A DNA stretch of 64,000 bases from Phoronis australis (lineage: Eukaryota > Animalia > Phoronida). Every line of letters starts with the position of its first letter. The stretch's first letter is position 1. Both the position numbers and the translations under genes were made by a program. This document shows positions 36,401 to 48,400 of the stretch, in pieces. The notes under the pieces were generated by a model. That model searched no databases, was not told where the DNA came from, and saw nothing but the letters and a program-made list of their open reading frames with translations. The stretch spans positions 443,740 to 507,739 of the forward strand of contig NMRA01000176.1 in the NCBI GenBank assembly GCA_002633005.1, in the 5' to 3' direction.

Positions 36401-39400
36401 TAAATATTTATTTACCCACTTGATTCTTTGTGGGAATTGCAAAATTAGATGAAGAATTTAACTTTCATCATTGTGTGAAATGGGATGTCCCAAGGCAATA
36501 GCCATATTAGCGTTCAGTGTGCTTTTAAAACCTAAATTTTATATTTCTCTGGTACACTTGTTATAAAATGAGCTAAGTGTTGTTGCTATTAAGTAAAAAG
36601 CATTCTGTTGAAAAAATCCTCTGGTCGTTCTTGTGTGCACAATAGGTTATGTTTTGTGGTCAAAATTTTTTAAAATCTATGTGGTTTGATTGGTGAGTGT
36701 TGTAAAAATATATTTGAAGAACCTTGAGGCTTGTTGTAGTTGATGGGTTACTTCAGGTTTTTTCTATTTTCAGTCCCACAGTGCTGACCTCTGGTGGCCA
36801 AATGGGCATGGTAAGCAGGTACTCTATACAGCAGAGGTTTACTTTACCTCCCTGAAGACGCAGGAGATGACGGGCAAGTCACTCAGGTTTGGGTTCAGAA
36901 GTGTGTCACTTGTCCAGGAAAAAATAGCAAATTCTTCAGGTGAGATGGCTCTTGTTGATTCAATGGCGTATCTGTGGTCCCTTTGTTGTATTAATTTCCT
37001 CTTGTGTATGTGTTGTACTATTGTATGTAATTTGTATTTAATCTCAAGTTTGGTGCGAGCACTACTAGGTAATTAATTGCATTGTAATAAACCAGGGTGT
37101 TGAGATGACTTGTAGTTAAGTCTGAAAAGATCTCTGTCCCGACGTGGTATTGAATCGGGGACTTTCTGGTTACCTTGCAGATGCTCCAGTCCACTGAGCT
37201 ATTGGATCCACCAGTCAATTACTGTCACACGATGTGATCAACATATGATGTGTTCTTAATTATTCCAAATCAACACGCTGGTTTATAACAGCACGGTTAT
37301 AACCATGTATGTACTTCCAAATTTTGGTAAAATGCCTGCTATGAGTCTGATTGGGTTTCTGTATCAAACAGTGGTCCCTGTAACTCAGTCGACTAGAGTG
37401 TCCGCTTGTTTAGCAGAAAGTCCCGGGTTTGAGCCCCGATCAGCACAGATTATTTCAGACTTAACTGTTACTTTCGTGATGTGACCCAAATGTGATGATT
37501 CTTACTGATGCTACTTGATGTTTCATTAGTCCAGTTACCACAAGGAAGACGGAGTTAAGAACATACAGGTTTTGGACATATTAAGGAAAATTCATTTGAA
37601 ATTTAAAAGATTTAGAAATTAATTTTTTTTACTAAGTTATTCAAGGCAAAACATTGTTAAAAGAGAATATTCTCTCTGTAGACACCTATTTATGAACGGT
37701 AAATCTGAACTAGTGCCATTCTGCTTTTTAACTGATACTGAAAATGTGTTGCATTCACTGATCATATTTTTTACTATTTTGATCAGGGTTGAGTTTCTAC
37801 TTCAAAATCAACAAGAAGCCCATGTTCATGAAAGGTTCCAATTGGATTCCTGCCGACATCTTCCAGGAGAGAATTGATGAATCAAGGTTGAGGAATCTGC
37901 TAGAGTCTGCAGCTGATGCTAACATGAACATGCTTAGAGTGTGGGGAGGAGGGGTGAGTGGGTGAAATGTGGGGCTGAGGGAGGACTGATTGGGCAAAAC
38001 TCGGCACTAAGGTGATGAGGTGTGAGTGGGTAAAATATGGGGTTGAGGTTGGGAGGAGGGATGACTGGGTGAAATGTGGGACTGAGGTGATGATGATTGT
38101 AAGTGTGTGAAATGTGAGGGAGGATGGGGAGTGGGTGGAATGCGGGTCTGAGATGGGGAGGAGGTGCGAGTGGTGAAATTGGGGTTGGAATGGAAGGGGA
38201 GGGGTTAGTGGTGAAATGTTGGGTTGAGGTTAAGAGAGACAAAAGGATTAAATGTTGGTCTGGGGTTGGGAATTTTTGCCTGGGGAAAGTTTGGAGTCGA
38301 GGTAGGGAATTTTTACTTAACTTTGTCATAGTTGCTCTTAAGAACACAGTAAATAGTCTCACGTATTGCAGCAGTAAATACTATTTAGATGGTATAATGG
38401 TCATGATTGGTTTAGGACCAAAAAGGTAACATCCTCCGTTTGTGTTGAACTTTCACAAGGTGCACAACTTATCCATAGGGACCATTGTTTACTGTTTTTA
38501 CTGCTAACACTAGGAAGTTATTTGATTTGCCATTAGATTTGTTGCCTGATAAGTTGTCGATTATCAAAATATTGGCACAAGGCTGTCCTAAATCCATTCC
38601 TTAGACAATTTATGCATAAATGCATGATTTTTTGTGGAAGGAAAATTTATGTTTTTGTTGTTTCAGATTTATGAACAGGATGCATTTTACGACATAGCTG
38701 ACGAACTGGGCATTCTCATTTGGCAAGATTTCATGTTTGCTTGTGCTCTGTACCCAGTGGATGACACGTTTCTGTCTTCGGTCAAATTGGAAGTGACACA
38801 ACAGGTTAATGGTGCCTCTGCCCCCCATTGAATGACACTTTGTATGGTATACATGATTGTCTATTAATGATCATTATGGCGGGTGTGTGAAGTTCTATTT
38901 CCTTACAAAATTTTTTTCCTAATAGAGAAAATATGCTGAATTCGCCATTTGCTTGGCTTGTACTATGCAGTTATCATAAAACAAATTTAAACTTTTGAGC
39001 ATTTTAACTAGTCTCGTAGAGATAACTTCCAGTACTGATCAGTTGAAAGCATACTTCCAAGTGAAGTGTTAAAATACTGTTTTGGTGGAAGATAATTGAG
39101 AGTTCACAACGTGGTTTCCTGTGATCCATCTCAACTCCTTATATTTGAATTTTATTTTCCAAAATAGTTGAATTAGAGCATGAACCACATGTGTGTCGAC
39201 TGTTCATAGCCTACTGCTTTTGTATGAGGTTCTTGTATAGAGATTATTTTGTGGGATTGTCCTGCTTGTGTTCCTTACCTGGGGGGTCATGCACACTGTT
39301 GCATTGACATACTTGCTTTTAGGTTGTGTAAGACACTAGAAACATTGTGCAGATTTGGCTAACTCTGGAACTTCGTATCTCACAAATGGCTGATCGGATT

Positions 39401-42400
39401 CATATGGAATTTTAGATACTACGCTTTGTGCATTGTTCTCCAAAACTCTGTTAGGATTTCTTCTTTAAGATGTTCTGCTTTTGCATGGGTGGCTATTGAA
39501 AATAATAACATACGATTTTCATGATAACGAAATCAAAAGTTCACCTAAAAGAAAAACAAAATGATACATTAGAAAGCTGTAACATTATTTTTCGATATTT
39601 CATCTTATACATTGATCAATTTGGTCATGCTATGAGTAACCTTATTTTGCTATCAATATGATTTAAAGAGTTTTTTGGCTAAATTTTGATAATTAAAAAA
39701 GATATGGCCACGTGGCCCAATTAATGGCAGATTGGAAAAATAAGCTACAAAAATTACATTCTTCAAGCTGTCTGCTTCCAGAAAATATTTACATTCACTG
39801 AGTTATAATTTATAGTTTTACAGATATTTAGTTAATTTCACAGTCTTGTTTGCGAGGTGTTACACAACCTTCATCATCTTAACACCCCTAAGGTACGCTG
39901 AATATAAGGGAGAAACTCCTGGTATAATGAATTAAATTATTCTTACTGACTTATTTAAATCATGTTTAGTTTTTGTAGGCTGGGAAATCGTTTTACCTAG
40001 GAGACTGTGTAGTGTTCAATTGGTTAATTTACATTTAGATGTTTCATTGCATGGTTGTGTGTGACTGTGTAAGTCTGAGTCTTGGAATTTGTAGATTAGG
40101 AGACTTAAGCATCATCCATCCATTGCGATCTGGGCTGGTAATAATGAAAATGAGGCTGCCTTAGGAACTAACTGGTATGACAACTAACTTTTAATTTCTT
40201 TAACTTTGCTTGTAAACCATAAATTGATTATCCTTTTGCAATATTTCGGACACAATATGGCAGAGGGTAAAATTTCAAATTTGTCATCAAAATAACTTTA
40301 CAATGCTTTGAGCATGGTTTGTGTGTCATAGCTATTACTGAACAACTCACTACTTGCTCCTACTTGTTGTTACATCGTGCTATTTTCTAGTCCGCGGTGC
40401 TACTTATCGCTACTTGCTACCATGTCTTACTTCGTGCTACTATGTGCTACTTCTTGCTAATACTTAACAGTACTTCTTGCTTCTTGGTGGTTCGTACTAC
40501 TACTTGCTAATATGTCCTACTACAAGCTGTTACAACTTGCTTATACTTGTTAATATTTGCTAATATTTCTTACTACTTCTTAATTCCTTCAATTGCTACT
40601 AATTGCTGCTATTTGTTACTAGTTGCTATTTCTTGCTGCTACATGCTACTTCAACTTGCCACTACTTGCAAATAGTTGTTACTACTTGCTACTATTTCCA
40701 ACTGCGTGATACTACTTGCTAGTGCTTGTTATTGATTACCACCACTTGCTACTAGTTGTTACTTCTGGCTAATGCAAACTACTACTACTTGTCACTGTTT
40801 ACTAACTATTTGTTACCATGTGCTACTTCTTTCTAGTTGAACTTTACATTACATGTCGCTACTTGTTTTTTTCTTCTACAAGCTACTGCTACTTGTTACT
40901 ATTTACTGCTTTTTGTTATTACTTGATATTTCTTATTACTTGCTACTACTTGTTTTTCTTGCTACTATTTTCTATTACTTGTTATTACTCGCTCCTTCTG
41001 GCTATTATTTATTATTGCTGGTATTTGTTAGTGCTTGCTACTACTTGCTAATATGTGCTACTACAAGCTTCTACAATTTGCTAATACTTGCTAATCTCAA
41101 TACTATTTGTTACTACTTGCTACTATTTTCTAGTACTTGTTATTACTTGCTCCTTCTGGCTAGTATTTGTTACTACTTGCTAGTATTTGTTACGGCTTGC
41201 TACTACTTGCTAATATGTGCTACTACAAGCTTATATACTTTGCTACTACTTGCTAATCTCAATACTATTTGTTACTATTGGTTACTGCTTGCTACTGCTT
41301 ACTTTCTGCTAGTTGTTACTACCTACTACTGCTTGCTACAACTTGGTACTTCTTTTGCTACATGTTACTACTTGTTATTTCATGCTACTACAAGCTTCTA
41401 CTACTTGCTAGTAGTTGTTGCTAGTTGATACTGCTTGCTACTGTTTTTACTAGACGCTACTACTTGCTACTACATGCTATTACATCTTAGTATTTATTAT
41501 TACTTGCTGATAATTGTTACTTCTTACTACTACAAACTTCCACAACTTCCCACTACTTGCTATTTCCTCCTACTATCTATACGTTACTACTTGTTTCTTC
41601 TTTCTACTACAAGCTACCAATACGTGTTACTGTTTACTACTATTTATAACTACTTGCTACTATTTGCTAGTACTTGTTAATACTTGCTACATGGTACTTC
41701 AAGTTGCTGCTACGTGATGTACTTGCTACTAATTGTTACTACTTGTTTCTTCTCTGTACTGCAATTCACTACTACTTGTTATTGCTTACTACTCTTTGTT
41801 GCTTCTTCCTTCTTTTTGTTGCAAATTGCTACTATGTGTTACTACTTATTACTACATGCTACTACTACCAACTGCTACTGCTACTAACTGTTACCGCTTC
41901 TATTTCTTGCCGCTACTGACTGCTAACATTACCACCTGTTACCAGTAGTACTGAGAGCTTGTCAGTTGAAGTGTATGTTATACTTTGCTACTGTAAGATA
42001 ACAATTGGTATTGGAAAGGTAGAACAAAACTTCAGCATCTCTTAAGTCCTGGTTATAAGTGAGTTACTATTTGCTCCTCGACCTCAGGTTTAACATACCG
42101 AAGACAGATTATCTTCATTATCTGTCCAACTTCGTGTCACTTTACATCGACACCATCATGCCAATCGTCCAATCAGAGGACAACAGTCGACCATTTGTGT
42201 CATCTAGTCCTACTAATGGCTTAAAGTCTGCCAGTGAAGGATGGGTGTCTTCCAATCCGTATGACACACATTATGGCGATGGTAAGTGGTATTAGAACAC
42301 CAATGAAAGTTTTTGGTATTTTGTGTGCTTTTAATATAGTACTGAATTTCTTTATAGTTATTTGACGTCTTCCTGATATGAATCACCATGTTGTAGTTCT

Positions 42401-45400
42401 CAAAATAAAGTGGACAAAGTTGAAATTCAACAAACTTTTGACGCACAAACCCATGACTAAAAATTTACTTCAGCTAAATGTCAGCAAAATTGCTGTGTGT
42501 TGCTCCTTGCACTTTATCGGAGTCCTTTCAACTGGTTTTGCATAAGCAGGTCACGTTAAACTCTCGACTTAAAGGCGAATGCCACCCGATATAATTAGTC
42601 TTTTTACCGTCTTAATCGGTCTATATCTACATCGCCTCTTATACGGTAGACCCCACCTTGCCGAGAGGTGTCGTGTTAACCTGTGAGGAAGGTGAGAAAC
42701 GACGCAGCGACGTCAGTGGTTCATCTGCAGAGTGAATGCCGCTATATTGCTGTGCATCGTGCCCGCTTGTCCGAACTATATGAAGCTGCAAAGAAAGCGG
42801 TTATGTTGTTTTTTCGACTTCCTCGAGAGCCCGAAATGCTTAGGAAGTAGCTCGCGGTAGTGAAGAATGAAAGGTACGCTGTTAATAGCAAGTATGAGGC
42901 CGTGAAACATCTCCGTGTCTGTGGCCGGCATTTCGTTGACAATGATTTCTCCGACGAATTCCGGCTTACCAAAGAACTATCCATCCGTTCCGTTGCCTGT
43001 GCATCAGTGTTCACAGCGCCTTGTCTCTCTTGTTCAGTGTATTCCGGTTCGAACCGATATACTGTGGAACCTAATGATCCTACCCGTGAAGTCTTCGTCG
43101 GATGAGCTCTTGACTAAGTCGGGATTGGCGCCGGGCGAGTTGCCATGTAGACGTTTATTATTCTGCGTTCTGTTTCAAAATGAATTATTCTCATCCCAAC
43201 CAATGCTTACATGTATATGAAACTGAAACGAAATCTGTCTCATTAGATACAATTTGTAATGTCTTGGAGTGCTCGTGAGTGCAAATGTTTTGAGAAGCCA
43301 GCAATGAATAAACCACTGCCTTACCGACTTTTGATGCCGGCAAAAAAGGTAATTGGGGCACCGAGCGCATGCTTATTCAGTGTTGGCTGACAGAAAGCTG
43401 TTGTGAAACAATACTCGATTTTATATGATATGGTCACATGTTAGGGGAATCTTTATTTAGAAATACGTCAAATACATTATTCAAATCATTGTCACTGTAC
43501 AACCTTTGCCCTGACGGTCTGTGGAAGTGGAACCCGACTTTGCGGCCCCCGACAAGTAAGTAGATTTTCAGTTCCGTGGCTAATTCACATAAATAATTAC
43601 GTACACATTATTCCTCCGGCTCACTATTATAGTCTTTTTGTGACAGAAGGTTTAGTTTCCAACTCAAGCTGGTTTATGTTCGTGCCAGTCCCGGCAGCCG
43701 CGACGGGCCTCATCCGGGTCCGAGCCACTGGCCAGGATAACAAGCGTTTTGTGTGTTTAGAACTACAAAAATCACAAGTATTAACAATACAGATCTAGGT
43801 TCTGTTGTCTGTATTCCACGGAAGAATATTTGAATTTATCTCCGAACAGACCCCAAACTCCCGGCTGCTACGGGCCTTGGTAAATTGGCCTGCCGAACTT
43901 TGTAGGCTATGGTGTGTCCAAATACCAGTAAATGCGTAACAGCGAAATTAAATAACACGTTTTTATAAGAACTCGGTGTATTTTTAAGGGTTTACATCGA
44001 AGTTTGATGATTTATTGGTGTTAAACGATGAATACAAGCAATAAGCCGACACCTCAACCCGTGTTTTGAACTACTGAACAGACTGCGTGTGAAACCAATT
44101 ACGTCATTGGATAATTTCTACACCTCCGTCTGCCGTCAGGTGTCAGGTAGCGCAACCGAACATGCCGTTTTCGAGTAGAACTACTTGATCTAAATTGATA
44201 CAAAATAGGTTGTTTTTTGGGTGGCATTCTCCTTTACGTGTGACAAAGGTTCAACTAAGCTACCAACAAATTCTTTGCTTGAGGTTCATCTACTTTACTG
44301 AGTTCTGTTGAAGTCTGTCTAGATTAATTTTAAAACTATGGGGTGGCATGGTATTTGGCCAAGTGACAGCTTCAGGTACTGTGCTAGACCGAAGGCCATC
44401 CACCGAACTTGCACTGTACTCACAAAATCGGCAATTTTATCATGATATAAGATGTTAGACTAGTCTAACTAGAAGTTGATTTTTATCTGGCACTTACTGT
44501 ATTTAAACCTTTCCTTCTAATGCCAGTGCTTCTGTGTTTAGTGGGAATGCTTAAATTCAATCTTGGATCGAAGCTAACAGCCCAAGATTACTTTGCAGTA
44601 AACCAGTTGATTTAAAAGCGAAGCACTGGCAGATCGCTGTAGTTGAAATGCTCAGTTTCGTTATCTATCAAAATTATCGACAGGGTCACTGCTGTGACAG
44701 TAGTGAAGCTCGTATTATGCTACCTTGCGATATGTTCGATGACCATAGCGTTACCTAGCAATATTTAAAGCCCCATGTCTGTTAACTATAGATGCTCATG
44801 AAATGCTCAAGTTCATTTTGCAGTTCATGTCAATGCTTCAATAATACCCGATTTAACATGGTGGGAAAACGTACTTGGACTAGTAGGCTGTTGTCCGTCA
44901 ACATAGTGTAGCCATGTAATAGTGAAGGTCATGTTACGCCAACAGTTGGACTAGTAGGCTGTTGTCCATCAGTGTAGTATAGCCATGTAGTAGTGAAGGT
45001 CATGTTACGCCAACTTGTGATAACTTTGATGATGATAACATCACTTAACAATAACTGCAGCAATGTTTGTTAACTATGGATAAAACAAATGGAAAAGCTC
45101 AAGTTAACTTTGCACTTCATTTTGACACTTTGCTAGGCTAAGCAATGAATTGTTACTACAGACAGCTCCTTGTATAATTTGTTGGTAGCACATACTTCAT
45201 GGGAAGATCGGTTATGAAAATAAATTTTAGTTAAAAAGACGGAAAGCATGTAGTAAAGAGTGACTGTGGTCTATTCCGTTTTGTTGTGCGCTAGCTTTGT
45301 GCTGGCCACATGATTGGGTCTGTTCAGCAAGAAACACTCTCAGGTCATTGCAGAGCATTTTCTGACCCCGTAGTGTTCATTGGTTTATGTAAAATGAATT

Positions 45401-48400
45401 ACCTGCCTCAAGCCAAGCCTGCTAACGATTAATTTTCCCGTAAAAGTACCTAGTAGGCAATATTATTTTTTGTTTGACTGAGCTTTTTCATATTTAGAAA
45501 TGTCTGGTTTAATGGAACTAAACCTTTTCCAATATTTGAAAAATGTATTTGTGATAATAGTACTGTACAGAGCACAAGTTATGCTTTGAAAAAACGCATG
45601 CGGTTATGGGATGAATTAAATTTGCTAGTACAAGCTATACAGTGGCATTTTGCAAACATCCACACTGTATAGGAGATAGAGTATATATTGATCAGCAAAC
45701 TGTTTTAGTTTGCGGACCTAACTTTCGAGCCCGTCCTGGGCCCTTTGTCAGGATACTGGCGGAAATCTTCTTGTCACATAGTCAGCAGTGGGTGATTCTT
45801 GGTGGTTGTCCAACACCACCTGGTGGCTATTACTTGCGAGGAGGCGATGGTAAATAGCTGGTAATTTATATCCACTGTTTCTGTTCAATTTTGGTTTATA
45901 GCTCATGATTTTGACTGTTTCTTTGATTTTTCGGTTGCAATATTTATTTTCTCTAGGTAGTGTTTTGACATTAGGTTTGCAAATTGCGATGTATTATCTA
46001 TGTAATGTTATGAGGCCTCTCCTAAGAATGGTTACATAAACCAACTACACTCTGATGGCTGGAAATGGGGATGTTATCATTGATTCTCAAATATTCTCGT
46101 TCTAGTTCACACGTACAATTACTTTGATGATTCCTGGGACTGGAAGACAGTGCCGAGACCTCGGTTTGCTTCAGAGTATGGCTTTCAGTCGTGGCCGTCA
46201 ATATCCTCGCTAACCAATGTTACTATAGCAGAGGACCTGGATTATTATGGACCGTTCACCAATCATCGGCAGCATCATGAAAACGGTACTTTTTGTCACG
46301 TGACGTCCATGTCTTTGTATTTAAATTATATACATTAAAATATCCCCCTTTTTTCTAAATTTTTGAAAATTGTATATATTACATTTATTGCTCAGACAAT
46401 GCCAGTTTGTGGCCGAGCAACACATATCTAGCCTTTGCAAGAAAGTAATAACTATACCTGAAGTCAATGTATGAAGAGCTACAAGAGGGGACAGGAATGG
46501 ACTGTTCTTGCATCTTTCGTACACGCACTAATGACATGCTTACAGTGTATATGATGAAAGACTAACAATTACAAGCCTTATAGTCAGTGGAAATATTGAT
46601 ATAGGCACATACTCAAACTGATATGAATATTGTGTAACAACTATGTGGACTAAATATCTAAATGACAATATAACAAAAAATGAAAATACGGTAAAATCTC
46701 CCAATTATTTTTGTCAAAATTGGAGAGATTTTACCCAATCAATGTTTTCATTTACTTTCTTAGGTTTTGTCAAAACTCAGCTGTTCTTGAAGCCAAAACT
46801 GTTATTGAAGCCAAAACTGTTATTGAAGCCAAAACTGTTATTGAAGCCAAAACTGTTATTGAAGCCAAAACTGTTATTGAAGCCAAAACTGTTTTATATT
46901 AACATTTTTGTAACAGTTAAAATGCATTCTGTCTCAAGTTAAGATGCAGACAATTTTCAGGCAATCTCCAAATGCTGAGCGAAGCTATGCGACACATGAA
47001 GATCCCATATTTCTCATCAACCACAGACACTTTCAAAGCTCTAATTTTCATTACACAGGCAAGTTCATAATGTGGATATCCAGATACTGTTTTGAATGTA
47101 AAATGCATCATTTGTCTTTGGCCACCCAAAGTTACGGTACGTAAGTCTACAATAACGCAATTTTACCCCATTTAGCTTACACTGTGTAAGTTTCTCTAGT
47201 TTACTATTTGACAATAACTTTGAAACAGTTTCAGTGTTAATATTGGAAGGATTGCAAGCACGAACCTTGAGGTACTGTGAGTGTAATTATACACCAATTT
47301 TCCCTTCTTTGTAAGGTAGTACACAATGTACAATGTTGCTATGTGAGTGCGAATTCAGGTAGTACAATTTATGACAGAGTATGTTCAGTGTAATGTTAAC
47401 AAAATTCCTTCTGTTCTTTACCACTAGTCATTTTGAGATAGGCATTCACCGACTAAAAAATTGTCCGCCTGTATTAATATTAGCCAATGTTTCATGTTTT
47501 TTGAAAAGCTGTACAAAGACATCTAGATAAGAGTAATCAAGGTTTGATATGCCATGATTTGCCACGTAATTACTAATAAAAACAAAAAAATCTCATTATT
47601 TAAGCTGCTGAAAAGGTGAGGAACTAAACAAATATCGAACTAGTACCAATTTTGGTCTTGCCTGATCTTGAACATTCAAAATTTGTATTTTATATGAAGC
47701 ATTTTGAATATTTTTGAGTCATAAATTGTTTGAGTTCAATGATTGTGTTGCGAGTTGTAAAACACAAATACAAAGTCTAAAGGAAATGATCCAGCTCACT
47801 GTGTACATATTAAACTTTTGGTTTGCAAATTATGCAGATAAATCAAGCTGTCAGCATTAAGACACAAACTGAATTCTACTTGAGGAGCCAAAGTGAAATC
47901 GTAGAGGGTGAAGGACACACCATGGGTGCACTCTACTGGCAACTGAATGACATATGGCAGGCACCAACATGGTCATCATTGGGTAAGTAGTGACCTCTGT
48001 TGGTGCAACAAATTTTATTTGTAGTTCCGTATGTATAATTGATATCAATTGAAAGTGTTCATGGTGAAGTCTTGTAATCATGTTCAATGCACAGTTGCTA
48101 CTTTTTAAAGGAGACTTATGGCCTCTAAGGATGCCTTGGTGTGTGTTTTTATTGCTCTTAGGTTCAAGGCTGTAACCTAAGTGCTCTTCTGTTTCTGTTT
48201 CTCTTTTTTCCTGAGAGGCACCTTTAAATTTGTATGAGTCACCTGGTTATGTTCCATTGTTATTTTGTGTTAATTTTATGATTAAATTTGAAGATTTCAA
48301 AAAATTTAGTTCCATTGCCAGTGTATAACTCCTTACATTTTTCAAGAGTTTGTAGCATGTCTAATAGTTAGCTATCGAACAGAACTTGAAAATGGTAAAG

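Noticed and set aside
37373-37450. Functional tRNA gene (also considered at 51661 and 54674)
   Set aside because: The stems do not pair cleanly, the boxes are degenerate and, in this copy, the head continues into a repeat body shared with other loci. Treated as tRNA-derived repeats.
40818-41948. Several hydrophobic Leu/Tyr/Cys ORFs that look like membrane proteins
   Set aside because: They are translations of a degenerate (CTA)n-type tract inside a MANBA intron, open in several frames.
46643-46942. ORFs with LLLKPK / EAKTVI repeats
   Set aside because: An 18-bp intronic minisatellite with no need for splicing into MANBA.
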